Assembly (NCBI RefSeq): GCF_006345805.1
Contig: NC_043006.1
Coordinates: 85,932,001-85,996,000, forward strand
From: Octopus sinensis
Lineage: Eukaryota
Reading direction: 5' to 3'
Length of the DNA: 64,000 nt
Numbering within the stretch: the first letter of the stretch is position 1; every line of letters starts with the position of its first letter. Shown piece after piece: positions 23,901 through 37,849 of the stretch. The position numbers and the translations under genes were made by a program. The notes below the pieces were generated by a model that was given only the letters and a program-made list of their open reading frames with translations, made no database searches and was not told where the DNA came from.

Positions 23901-26900
23901 TCGTGGCCGTTTGCTAGCCTCGTCTGGCACGTAAAAAGCACCCACTACACTCATGGAGTGGTTGGCGTTAGGAAGGGCATCCAGCCGTAGAAACATTGCC
24001 AGATCAGACTGGGCCTAGTGCAGCCTTCTGGCTTCCCAGACCCCAGTTGCACTGTCCAACCCATGCCAGCATGGAAAGCGGATGCTAAACGATGATGACG
24101 ATGACATCAATTGTTTAATTGATAGAAAGTAATAAGTGGTCTATGGGATGAAAATTTTGTGTATGGCAGTGCACTTATCAAACTGATAAGTGCGATGTGT
24201 GAAACTTTTGGCTAATACACACAAATGCGTGTGTGTGTCCTTATCACATAATGTAAATGAGTCTCACTGTCATACAAGCGGTGCCTTTTATTCCCAATCT
24301 CCTATGAAAGGTTGTAAACTTGTCCAGCTATGGGGAAATATTACAGGTGAGGTTTGGTAACAGGAAGGGTACACAACCATAGAAAGTCTGGCTCAATAAT
24401 TTCCATCTGGCCCATGTGGACATTAAAATGATTGTGTGTGTGTGTGTGTATTATACCTATCTATTTATAGAAAGAGAGAAGGGAGAGAGAGAAAGAGACA
24501 GGGAGAGACACACACACACACGCATATAATTATACTCATATACATATATATCGTCATCATTTTATATCCGCTTTACATGCTGGCATGGATTGGACAATTC
24601 TGCAGGTTCTGATGTATCAGAGGACTAAGTCTTGTTCTAACATTTCAGTTTGGCACAGTTTCTATGTTTTCCTAATACACATCACTTATTGGGCACAGTT
24701 TTTATTTGTGGCATCAACACTATAGATTTACCCTCCAGAACACTGTTTCAGTAAGATATCAACTGAGAAAGAAAAAGAAAGGAGCAAAAATTGACCACAA
24801 ATTCAAGTATCCTGCAACAATATTATTGTTTATCCACATAACTTTATAGCCTTATTTTGGATTCAGTATCCATAGGAAAATATAAGACATTCACCTAACC
24901 TTGGATATCACCTGACCCACATCAATAATGAAGGATCAAAGATCTGGTTAGGTACATCTGTGTTAGTGATATCCCCAAATCTTGATTCCAAGACATCATC
25001 ATCATCATCAAGTGTATTTTCTATGCTTATGATTAGACATGGAGCTGATCAGTCAGGAAGCTGTCCAGCCAGGGAGCTGTCCAAGCTCCAATTGTCTGTT
25101 TTGGCATGGTTGCATGCCCTTCTTAATGCCAACCACTTTACAGAGTGTGCTGGGTGCTTTTTATGTGCCACCAGCATGGTTGCATTTACGCAGTATCAGT
25201 GAATTGTATGTGGCACCAACACGAGCGTACAAGTGAATTGTACATGGCACCGGCACCTGCAAAGGACATGCCTGTATGTATGGATGACCGTGATTTTACT
25301 TAAATTTCAAATGTTTGCCAAAATCCAACACTGCCTATTAATTCCCCTGCAACATCTGCCAGTTATAGAAAATAATGTGAATTTTGGCACAGGAAGTGGT
25401 AATGATAAATTTGCACTTTCTCACTAACCCTTTTGTTATATAGGGATGGTCATATTTCGCCACTTATGTGCACTGAATGTTAGGTCTTTATTTCAGCTTT
25501 ATAATTATTATTTTTGTTTTTTGGCCAAAGCTCTTTCACATCCTGATTCCTTTTCAGTGACTCTTTATCCCATGTATCACCTTTTGAAAAAAAATGGACT
25601 AAGCAAAACAATATAGGAAACACATAGGATAAAGAATTGACCATCCCCAAGTATAAAAATATCCAACTCAACACATGATTTCACATCAAGAATCTTAGAA
25701 AATAAATACATATTTGTAACTTTTTGTTACTATATTTCTATTAAAATACAATGCTTTTGTTTCCATTAACTTTGAAAATAAAGAACTTAGTTGTCATTAT
25801 TAAGATGGTGTTTACGATATAATTCAATTGGAAAGTTTTAATTTAGATAATTTTAAAACAGAATGGTCTCAGGTGGTTTGGTATCAAAAGAGTTAAAAAA
25901 GAAATATGTTTAGTGTAATAAGGATCACATTGTTTCTCTGAAGCTGCAGATTTGCCATCATTAAAATTATGGGATGGTGGGGGTGGAGAGAAAGTGCTAT
26001 GAGGTTAGGTTCTCAGGTTGAAGAAATTTCTGTATTCTGCCAAATAATATCATTAGTTGGCACAGAGAGTGGCAGTAGAAAGCCATCTTACATCTGCATG
26101 AAAAAATTGTCAAATTATTCTTCATTTTCAGTACACAGATGTTGAAATTTTTCACCAGATTTTACAGAACTTTTGATTTTATTGATCATCTTTACTGCAA
26201 ACTGATGGGAATGACTGATGCACGACTGGAATGAAGTGTTTTATAATGAGATGAAGTCAATGAATTGTGCAGTGAATCATAATAGCATTTGGATTTTTTT
26301 TTAAATACAATATGATAGGAAAAAATTTATATCAACCAAGCATAAAGGGAATCCCATTGGTTGCACAAAAAAATGTTATCAATAGGAATATTGTTTTTAG
26401 GAAAAAAATTTATTAATCCTTTAACTGCATAAATCAGATATATCCACTCAAAATTTCATTACCCTTAACTGTGAAAAGCAGTTTTATATGTCTGCTGTTG
26501 AGGAATGCTATATTAGAAAATATCTTTTGTTGGAGTACGTCAAGCTTATTATGAAGTAATGTGACTTACAGAAAATACCAATTTTATGTTTTGGTGGATA
26601 ATTAACATCAGGGATAACCATGAAATTAAATTACGCATTTAAAGAGTTAAGATAAAGTTTGAATAAGTCTCTAGTTTTCCAGTAAGAAACTTCCTCATCC
26701 ACATATCTTACATATTCCATTAGTAAGGCATATGTAAGATATGTAGATCAATCCAGCTGTATGGAAAATCTCTATTCATGAAATTTTTCAGTTTTGTCAC
26801 CTTTCACATCATGGGTCACTTTCCTGATTTGACTTTTGACAGTTTTTTTACAGATTGATTGATGCTGATAAATCACCATTGTTTTAATGTCCACTTTTCC

Positions 26901-27749
26901 ATATTTGCATGAGTTGAGGCAGGTTTTCTACAGCCAGATGGACTTCCTGTTGCCAACCTTCAACTGCTTCCAAATAAGGTAATATTCCTCCTTGCCTGGA
27001 TATCTTTTCACACAAGATTGGCTACAAGGACACTGCTTGCATGTTGATGACATTCATTTAAAACTATCATATGAAGCCAAGGAAAGGAGATAGTAACACT
27101 CACACACTCTTACATACATGCATATATACAACAGGCTTCTTTCAGTTTCGTTTACCAAATCCACTCACAAGATTTCTCAGCTCATAGTTGTTCTAGAAGA
27201 AGTCAGAGGCTGAGGGCATCATGCAAACTTCTTAACCAACAAACCATACTTGTAAACATCATGATCATCATGGTGTTTCTTTTCCCAAATTATTCCTCAA
27301 GTTTTGAAATATTCAAGCAGCTTAGCTTATTTCATAGTGAATTTTCATAAAACAGTCACAGAGTACTGGAAGTTTCATAACCTCACTTCAAAATCTAAAA
27401 AAATCTAAAAACCAAAGGATTCAAAGTAAATCTAGCAAAAACTAAAAGTTTTGATAAGCTCAAAAGAAGACAGGACTCTCTGGTCGCAGGCAAGTTACCT
27501 TACTTGAAATACTCAAAAGAAAAGAAATAGGTAAGAGTTCCATATGGTGTATCCCATGTCATTTAAGGATGTACAAGTAGGCAGGCACTAGGAAGTGCAG
27601 GGCCCACTACTCTACAAAAACTGAAGATTGATATTTTGTGTTTCATGTAGTATGCTGGTCCCAGCCAAAATGCACTGAGGGCTTGAGGCCCAACCATTTG
27701 CTACAATGATAGGCTAAAAATTCATCATAGCATCCTTCTCTCGAGTGTG

Positions 27750-28110
27750 TTCAAGGGCCCAATTTGAACAAATCCATCTAATTGGCTTAAAATTGGCATT
27801 GTGCACAAGTGATGCAATAGGATCAGGGGCAGACTGACAGAGAAAAAAAAAACTTTATATGTGACAAATGCAAAAGTATTAACAAGTAATAAGGTTTCCA
27901 GTGAAATGAATTTCCTCAAAAGCTGAGAAGGCTTCCTAGAAGTAGACAAGGGATTTTGCTACATAGGTGACCTAACAAATAGTGGACATGTTGGTGTTCT
28001 GAAAGCACAATTGCCAGAATATGAACAAAATGAAAAAAATCATGGAGATATCAATTTAGCTGACAACAATGAGCAAAGAACAGACTGTATGATGCTTGTG
28101 TACAAAGTGT
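27750..28110 (+). mobile_element. Decayed RTE-clade LINE RT C-terminal fragment
   Basis: Degenerate HK.CN.IRGRL..K.FICDKC, LE...FCYIGDL.NSG and RLYDACV.SV motifs. Confidence 0.65.
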
Positions 28111-28734
28111 GAAGTTTTGGATCTCTCCTACCCTTTATTAATGACTATAGAAAATCTGTAGATAACCTTAACAAGTCCTACCCTTTACGTTCACATTAAT
28201 TCTCCGTCACCAACCACCTTTGTTACGTACACAGACACAATCATTGTCTGTCTCTCCTTCTCACTACTTATTTCTCATTGGTTGCCATTAATCTCTCTCT
28301 CTCTTTCTCTCTCACCATTACCAATCTTTATGTTGCTATCTATCACATAAACACACACACACTCTCTCTCTCTCTAACACATTTTTCTCTATAACTCATT
28401 ACTGATATACATCACTGTATCTTTCTATCACCCTCTCTTCCATTATGCTACCTTAGCAAATTCTGAGTGAACATACATTAGTGTGAAATGTTTTATTTTT
28501 ATGCTTCAATCTCTCTCACTCTTTACCATCAAATGTCAATTAGCTGCATCTCTCCATTTCTATCTTTTTCTATTCTCAGTTGCTCTGTGACAAATTTTGT
28601 GGAGTAAATGCATGCTCTTGCTGATGCAATGTAGTGAATGACTCCAATTTCAAAATGTAATACCAAAATTTAGTATTTATTTAGCATAACTGCATTTAAA
28701 GAACAGAAACTGACACAACTGTGTTATTCATTAA

Positions 28735-29512
28735 TATCTATAAAGCTGAAATGCGAAAAAGTTGTTTGATTTCTTGGTTATTTGTCTCATTTGGGGATAG
28801 GAACGGTTTAAGGGGAGGTAGATGGGGTCGGTTGGCACCAAAATTTACACGGGGGGGGGTAAAATGGGGTGGGCAATGGTGTGAGGAGGGTTGTAAGTTG
28901 CTCAGGGCTACAGTTTGGTTGCCATCCCCACCAAAACCCGAGTGAAACATGGGTCAAAATAGCTAGTCTATATTAATAAAAGCAAAATTCTGTCTGTCCA
29001 TCTGGGAACACTCTGTATCTCAGTTTACATTTGATCTACTTAGACATATTATACCTTTTTGGAATCAGGATGATCCTGGGATTGAAAATCTGCCCTTCAT
29101 TTGGTTCTTGAACATCCAGTATTGAAATATGATTTAAAAGCATTTGGGTTGCTATTTCTAGCAGTTAAGGCTTGGTGGATTCACATCAACTTGCTTGGTA
29201 TTTGTCAGATGACGTCAAAGATCAAGGGGGAGATAAATGACATTCACTTTGTTACTTTTATGTCAAGATAAGAACTTAGGGACAAATTGGCCAACAGTTG
29301 GAATTCAACTTGGGACTGGGACAATAGAGTGATTGCATTACTTAATTCTCATCTGTTGTTAACTTCTGATCAAACACAACAAGGGCATATAGCCATTATA
29401 GACATATTATAGTCATACTATTTGGCTCTCTTTGGTTTTGGATGGCAGTCCCAATGAGCCCTCTGCAGGAGCTATCTTAAAAGTTTGCATGAAGTTTGGC
29501 TTTTAAGCTAGT
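28735..29512. mobile_element. Two adjacent Helentron-associated-like elements (28735-28967, 28968-29512)
   Basis: Starts of the type atctataaagctgaa / ctatattaataaaagc...tctgtctgtc and ends in GCTAGT. The first has a subterminal hairpin cccgagtgaaacatggg. Confidence 0.45.
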
Positions 29513-29595
29513 TATTGATAAGTAAAATAATTCAAAAACAGTACATCAGAAGGTAACAGAATTCAAAGTGATAGTTGTGATAAAAATATATGGAC

Positions 29596-29996
29596 AGGAG
29601 TGGCTGTGTGGTAAGTAGCTTGTTTACCAACCACATGGTTCCGGGTTCAAGTCCCACTGCGTGGCACCTTGGACAAGTGTCTTCTACTATAGCCTCAGGC
29701 CGACCAATGCCTTGTGAGTGGATTTGGTAGACGGAAACTGAAAGAAGCCCATCGTATATATGTATATATATATATGCATGTGTGTGTTTGTGTGAGTGTG
29801 TTTGTCCCCCTAGCATTGCTTGACAACCGATGCTGGTGTGTTTATGTCCCCGTTACTTAGTGGTTCGGCAAAAGAGACCGATAGAATAAGTACTGGGCTT
29901 ACAAAAGAATAAGTCCCGGAGTCGAGTTGCTCGATTAAAGGCGGCGCTCCAGCATGGCCGCAGTCAAATGACTGAAACAAGTAAAAGAGTAAAAGA
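29596..29996 (+). mobile_element. tRNA-derived SINE family A, young copy
   Basis: A-box tggctgtgtggtaag, B-box ggttcaagtccc, internal (TA)/(GT) tract and gtaaaaga tail. About 15 related copies occur in the window. Confidence 0.85.
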
Positions 29997-31900
29997 GGAC
30001 ATTTATTTAACTATTTTGTTATAGTAATTCTGTTGAAATACACTGCCTTTATTTCACAATTAATTTTGAAAATAACAAAGCATTTAGTAAAATAACTTTG
30101 TCAACATTGGATCATAGATTAACACGATATTTTGATGGAAAGTTTTAATTTAGATCACTATGAAACAAGAAATTTGTATAATGGAACCTGGGACAGACTC
30201 AGGCAGATTGTCATCAAAAGAGTTAACAGAGTCAGGCTTAATAACAAAGATAGCATGAATAGTTTTCATATAATAGATAAATGAAGGTGCAAATACATCT
30301 TTCTCTGGCCTAGAAGCTTTCATTTATGGAAAATTCCACTCTTTTACATATTTTTAAAAAACTTACATAACATCAACAATACAGTATCTCACTGCAGTTA
30401 CTGGTATTAAAAAAAATACAACAACCCTACCAATTTTCTGGTAACTGATGGCCCAGCACCTCCTTTAGTGTGGATAAATTACAAGGGGAAAATTGAAATT
30501 CTTGTGGTTACCAGTTTAGTTCACTGAATGGCCACAGGTGGCATTATGTGCACCATGTGTTTATATACATTGTTTATACTGCATTCATTAGTGGCAATAC
30601 CAAAGTTTTGATAGATTCTCAGCTAATTTAGCTTAAAGTTATCCATAGCTATGAGTAAGAGAAATGAGAGAAGGGATAGTGTCAAACATAAATGCCAATC
30701 CATATTGATCCAAGTGAAAGTAGAACTGTTCAAAGTACCTTAGATACATTGTATAATTAGTAGGTTAGAGATGTGTTGATGAATTATTATTCCATGACCA
30801 TGGATGGTCCAGCAAAATGGTTAATCTATCAAGGCTTTGGAACCAAGTATAATGTAAAATTGATGGCATGTCTGCCCAACCACATAAGTTCTCCATCATA
30901 TGAGCTCGATCTATTTTCTTCTATTGCCAGATTGGAACTGAATATAAACATTTTAACTAGAAAAAAATAAAAAAAACAAGCTTTACTTGTTTCAAAGGCC
31001 TTGCTTTGTTTACATTGTCACTATGGTTACTTTACACCATGTGAAAAAAATGTTTTTCAGATTTATCTGGCACATAATGTGCATAAAAATAAAGGTGTAT
31101 GCCAAGTTGAGTTATTTGATTTGATCCTAACAACAGGATGTTTTGCTTTGAAATGGTTACACCGCCTTATTATGTTTGTGGAAGGAGAAAATAATTCAAG
31201 AATTTAAGTTCAACCCTTTGACATAACATAATTGCTACAACTCCCCCTCCCCCCTATTACAGTCATATTATCGCCCCCATCACTCTGGTTTTTCCTCTTA
31301 TCATTTCTTCTGTCAATTATGTTGCTTACATCTAATTTCACCACCAACCATCATGCAAATGTCTCTCACTCTCTCATCAATTTCCCTCTTCTCTATCACC
31401 CTCTCACTCTTAGCACTCTGCTTCTCTTCTATCACCTCACTCAGCTTCTTTTCCCAGTGTGTGTGCGTATGTGTGTGCACATACGTGTTTTCCTCCATTG
31501 GTGATCAATGATGACCATGATTTCAACCAAGCAGCTCATTAAGTTTTATGTGACAGTAGATGGCTAATGAAGCTGATTCTAACACTTGCTTAAGGACTTT
31601 TCAAGCCCACCATCATTTTAAATGGGGCTCAAAAGACTTCTTTTTTTTTTATGGAGACAGTTAAGATTTTAATTCAAAATGTAGTGAGGTACCAGAAAGC
31701 ATCTTGTCTAACATTCTACCAGTCCACTGCCCCTGACTGGTATTTTATTTATCAACTCTGAAATAATAAGTAAAGTTGACTTCAGCAGAATTTCAACTCA
31801 GAGTCCAGAAGTCTGAAATCAATATCACAGAGCATTCTATCCAATGCTTTAACAACTTTATCAATTTTTACAATATTTGTTTGTTTGTGTGTGTTTATAG

Positions 31901-31936
<36 letters not shown>

Positions 31937-32881
31937 ACACAAATCCATCAATATATGAATATAAAGGCAATGAGCTGGCAGAAATGTTAGCATGCTAGGC
32001 AAAATGCTTAATGGTATTTCGTCTGCCATTATGTTCTGAGTTCAAATTCCGTGTGTATATATATATACATATAGAGATACATAGATAGATATGTCTCTAG
32101 CAGTCAGTGAGCAAGCAAGACAAGCAGTGGAATATAGAGAGGGATGGGGGAAAAGTAAGTAATACAGTAAAAGAGAGGTATTAGTATAAATAGTAGAGAT
32201 AGGGAATTTGAATGGTAACATGATAAAATAACAGAGATACAGAGGATGAGAAAATGAGAGAATGACATAGAGAAAATCTTGTAAAATATTGAACTGTATG
32301 CATGGGAGAAAGAAACATTTGGAAATGAAGAGAAGCAGTGGAGACAGGTTTTGATTGAGAGAAAAAAAATAAATGAGAGGGAACTCTATAGAGAGGAAGA
32401 GGAAAAATAATGATGTAGGTGAGTAAGTGATAATACTGAAGGAGAGTGAGGGGTAAGAATGTAAGAAAAAGAAAGTGAAGAATTGACTTTTCAAATATAC
32501 AACAACAGATAATAGCAAATGATGAAGGAATTTTCAGTTGTAGAGAAACAGCTTGACATCAATGAAACTGCAGAAAGAAGATGATAGATTATCAAAGGAA
32601 ATCAATGCTAAATGTGAATTGGAAAGTGCTGCACAATGACAAAAAAAAAGAGAAGTAATGTTCTAGGTTACAAAGATAACTGAAAGAAGACAAAATGAAA
32701 CGGAAGAAAATTCAGAAAAGTTTGAAAAAGAAATGATGGAGGCAAATCCCATCTTTTTTTTATGAATATTAAATTAATTAATTAATATCTATCTACCTAT
32801 CTTTTTAATATCTATATACATGCATTGAGCTTTTGTGCATATATTATGTGCACCTTTGTGTGTATGTGTACATATAGGTGT

Positions 32882-33302
32882 AGGAGTGGCTGTGTGATAA
32901 GTAGATTGCTTACCAACCACATGGTTCCAGGTTCATTCCCACTACGTGGCACCTTGGGCAAGTGTCTTCTACTATAGCCTCGGGCCGATCAAAGCCTTGT
33001 GAGTGGATTTGGTAGACGGAAACTGAAAGAAGCCTGTCATATATATGTATGTATATATATGTGTGTGTGTGTGGGGGTGTATGTTTGTGTGTCTGTGTTT
33101 GCCCCCTCCCCCCAACATCGCTTGACAACCGATGCTGGTGTGTTTACGTCTCCATAACTTAGCAGTTCGGCAAAAGGGGCCGATAGAATAAGTACTAGGC
33201 TTACAAAGAATAAGTCCTGGGGTCGATTTGCTCGACTAAAGGCGGTGCTCCAGCATGGCCACAGTCAAATGACTGAAACAAGTAAAAGAAAAGAATAAAA
33301 GA
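32882..33302 (+). mobile_element. SINE family A copy
   Basis: Collinear with 29596-29996. Confidence 0.85.
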
Positions 33303-34068
33303 ATATCGACATCATTTAATGTCATGTTTTCTATGCTTGCACGAGTCAGATGGAATATGTTGAAGCAAATTTTTTCTGCCAGATGCTCTTCCCATCATCA
33401 GCCCTCACCTGTTTCCAAGCGCCTATTTCCTCATGATCAGATATATTTTCCATGGAAGACTGGAAATGAACATCACTTAGATAATGGTGATGCTCATATA
33501 CAACCATCATATAATGTCAAGACAAGGGTATACACACATTCTCACACACACACACATACTAATGAGTGGGAACTCTATAGAGAGGAAGAGAAGAAAGAAT
33601 GATGTTGGTGAGTAAATGATAATATTGAAAGAGAGTGAGGGGGTAAAAATGTAAGAAAAATCCATGCAAATGTTCAGAGAGTCCAAAAAGTTCCTATGTT
33701 CGAATTTGTTTTGAGTGGATAAAAGATTGCTGAAACCATTTTTCAGCCCAACCAGTGGCACAACAGAGGTTGAGATGACTAGAAACCAAACTGCACTTCA
33801 GGTTTTTTAAAGTTTATCTTCTAAAATGAAGTTATAATAAGAACTAGGGATCCTGCACTTGCACTAGTTCGCATGCTAGCCAGCCCATAGCTGGGACCTA
33901 ACAGGCACTATTATTCTGGGTCATATATATTATCATCATCATCACCACCATCGTTTAACGTCCGCTTTCCATGCTGGCGATCCAGATGGCTGAACCAGGC
34001 TTCAATCTTGATCTGGCAGAGTTTCTACAGCTGGATGCACTTCCTAACACCAACCACTCTGAGAGTGT

Positions 34069-34152
<84 letters not shown>

Positions 34153-34161
34153 TAAAAGGTA

Positions 34162-34490
34162 AAGACTCCCTTTAGTCATGAATGACCATGGGGTTGTACC
34201 TAGAAAGTTCCCCTCTGAGACACAAGTCCAGACAAGGTTATTTATGGAAGATCAGCAGTCACTAATGAATACCAGCCTCCTTTCTCAATACCACTGATGT
34301 TATCCAAGGGAAAGTCAAAGGCTGATGCAGCTTAGCACCAATGATGTTGCAACTCATTTCTAGAGCTGAATGAACTGGAGCAACATAAAATAAAGTGTAA
34401 TGCTCAAGAACACAACACACAGACAAGTCCTAGAACTGAACTTACTACCTCGCGATTGTGAGCCCAAAGCTCTAATCACTGAGCCATGTG
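34162..34490 (-). mobile_element. SINE family E copy (another copy at about 2575-2880)
   Basis: Shared atgaatgaccatggg...ctagaaagttcccc...tgagccatg sequence. Confidence 0.7.
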
Positions 34491-34501
34491 CCAACCAGAA
34501 A

Positions 34502-34617
34502 TGGCTCTGATGAAAGTAGCATTGTTTTGTTCAATTTTTATCAACTGATCAATAGACCAACTGTGTAAACCTATCAGTAACATACTTATAACAACTACTG
34601 GAAACAGCTGTAAGCCA
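34502..34617 (+). ncRNA. Type I hammerhead ribozyme-like motif with a long stem II insertion
   Basis: tggct CTGATGA a agtag...ctact g GAAA CAGCTGT A agcca. It has a 5-bp stem I, intact core, palindromic stem III and a GUA triplet. Position 10.1/11.1 is A.G rather than a canonical pair. Confidence 0.65.
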
Positions 34618-35159
34618 AATTTGCTTTAATACAGGAAATATGTAATGACAATTATTTATACCATGTCTTATGTGTGTGTGTGTGTGTATCTTCTTACATA
34701 CACACACACACAACAGGTTTCTTTCAGTTTCCATCTACCAAATTCACTCACAAGTCTTTGGTTGGTTTGGAACTACGCAGGAAATACTTGCCCAAGGAGC
34801 CACACAGTGGGACTGAACTTAGGGCTATATAGTTAGGAAGCAAGCTTCTTAACTACAAAACAATGTCTGCTCCAATGCTATGCCTACACACACACACACA
34901 CTCACATATGCATATACATATTGTATATTATATATACATGGGTGTGTGGTCCAAAGCTAGTCAGGAATGAGGAGATCTTGCCGTAAATAAAATTAAAAAA
35001 AAAAGAAAGAAATAAACCCACCAATTTGAAGTTTGCAAAAGTTGCAGTCATTTGTTCACCAGTAAGGTATATATTCTATGATCAACCAGCAGCAAGTATT
35101 CTGAGTAATATTACAGCTGATGGTCAGCAGACTGAACTGTCTTGTTACCAAAACTATTA

Positions 35160-35211
<52 letters not shown>

Positions 35212-35862
35212 CAGTCAGTACACAGAAAAAAAGTAAGGTTACATTGATATTTGAAAACATGCCAGGAAAAAATATTTTATACCTTTAAATATTAATAACT
35301 AAGAAAACAGGAATGGTAAACAACAGAAAAAACGAGTGTCAGAACATATGAAAAAGTGTGTGTGCATGCACCAAACTATTATTATCTTTTAATGTTTCAG
35401 TCATTAGACTGCGGCCATGCTGGGGCAATGCCTTGAAGAATTTTGGCCTAACAAATCAACTCAAAGTACTTATTTTTTAAAGCCAGGTACTTATTCTATT
35501 GGCTACTTTTGCTGAACCTTAAGTTATGGGTTTAACACACCCACACCATGGTGGGGGAAGACAGACAGAAAATCACACACATACATACATGCACACACGC
35601 ATATATATACAGATTTTTACGTTTATGTATTTGTTTTGCACGATTCTTGATATAAAATTGTGTTGAAACAGGTATTGTTATAATTGGGGGTAGTCCTATT
35701 TTGCCAATTAAACACAAGACAAGACATGTGGTGGGATAAAGAGTCGCTGAAGAGGCCAAAAGATGTGTGCTGGAAGAGCTTTTGACTAAGAAACAAAAAT
35801 AATAATAATAAAGTATTACTATTATTTTTAAAAATATGTTTTTAAAATCAATATATAGAGAT

Positions 35863-36266
35863 TTCTTTTATTTGTTTCAGTCATTTGAACGCGGCCATGC
35901 TGGAGCACCACCTTTAGTCGAGCAAATCGACCCCAGGACTTATTCTTTGTAAGCCCAGTACTTATTCTATCGGTCTCTTTTTGTCGAACCGCTAAGTGAC
36001 GGGGACGTAAACACACCAGCATCGGTTGTCAAGCAATGGTGGGGGGACAAACACAGACACACAAACATATACACACACATACATATATATATATACATAT
36101 ATACGACAGGCTTCTTTCAGTTTCCGTCTACCAAATCCACTCACAAGGCATTGGTCAGCCCGAGGCTATAGCAGAATACACTTACCCAAGATACCACGCA
36201 ATGGGACCTAACCCGGAACCATGTGCTTGGTAAGCAAGCTACTTACCACACAGCCACTCCTACGCC

Positions 36267-36268
<2 letters not shown>
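35863..36268 (-). mobile_element. SINE family A copy, followed by a partial copy at 36321-36478
   Basis: Reverse complement of 29596-29996. Confidence 0.85.
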
Positions 36269-36322
<54 letters not shown>

Positions 36323-37123
36323 CGACGGGCTTCTTTCAGTTTCCATCTACCAAATCCACTCATAAGGCTTTGGTTGGCCTGGAGCTATAATGGAAGACAC
36401 TTGCCCAATGTGCCACGCAGTGGGACTGAACCCAGAACCATGTGGTTAGTAAGCAAGCTACTTACCACACAGCCACTACTATATATCTTCATCATTATTT
36501 AGCATCCATTTTCCAAGCTGGCATGGGTTAGACGGTTTGACTGAGACTGGTCAGCTGGAGAGCTGTACCAGGCTTCAGTCTGGTTTGGCTTGGTCTCCAT
36601 TGCTGGATGCCCTTCCTAATGCCAACCACTCTATGAGTATAGTGGGTGACTTTTATATATGATTTCACTTGGGTTGATGTGTCTTCTCAAGCACAGCAAA
36701 TTGCCAAAAGTCTTGATCACTTGTCATTACCTTCTGGAGACTCAACATCTGAAGAGCATGCTTCACCACCTCATCCCATGTTTTCAGAGTGTACCTCTTC
36801 CGCAGGTTCTCTCCATACAGATTGGCGCTTCTTTATGCAACTCTCCTTGTCCATATGCACCATCTGACTATACCAGTGCTGTCTTCTCTCTTGCACACAA
36901 CATATGATGCTGCTTATGCTCAATTATATACATATACATATATATATATCATCATCATCGTTTAACGCCCGTTTTCCATGCTAGCACGGGTTGGACGGTT
37001 CGACTGGGGTCTGGGAAGCCAGGAGGCTGCACCAGGCTGATCTGGCAGTGTTTCTACAGCTGGATGCCCTTCCTAACACCAACCACTCCGTGAGTGTAGT
37101 GGGTGCTTTTTACGTGCCACCGG

Positions 37124-37166
<43 letters not shown>

Positions 37167-37849
37167 GTTTCTGTCGACCAAATCCATTTGGTAGACACTC
37201 ACCCAAAGTGGCATACAGTGGGACTGAACTCAGAACCATGTTGTTGGAAAGCAAACTTCTCATCACACAACACTTGTGTATGTAAATGTATAAACTTGAA
37301 GATATATGCAAGTGTGTGCATGAGTATAAGTTTGAAGATTTGTTAGACATCTATTTATGTGTGAGTATAAAATCTGAAGATTACATGTGTGTGCGTGTGT
37401 GTATACAGAACTATTATATGTATCTTGTATAAGATGTATATGCACAAGTATTGTATGTCTGTGAACAACTGTTACGTACGTATATGTGTAGTCCATAACT
37501 ATTATGTGTATAAGTTTGAAGAGGTATGCGCATGTATGTGTATATTACTATCATGTACATGTGTGTACAACCTTAAAGACGAACGTATATGCATGTATGT
37601 ACATAACTATTATGTGTATGTAAGTGTGTATAAACTTGATGCATGCATATGCATTGTGTGTACATAATTATGTATATACAAGAACAAAGTTGCAGATGTG
37701 TGTTGTGTGTACATGCGTAACATGTATGTGTATAAACTTGAAAGTGTATGCACATGTATATTAGTTGATGCATGCAAAAGTTAAATGATTGTAATAATCT
37801 TAAATTGTTTTGAGCAGGCATTGAATAATAGCTGAAATTAGAAAGCACT

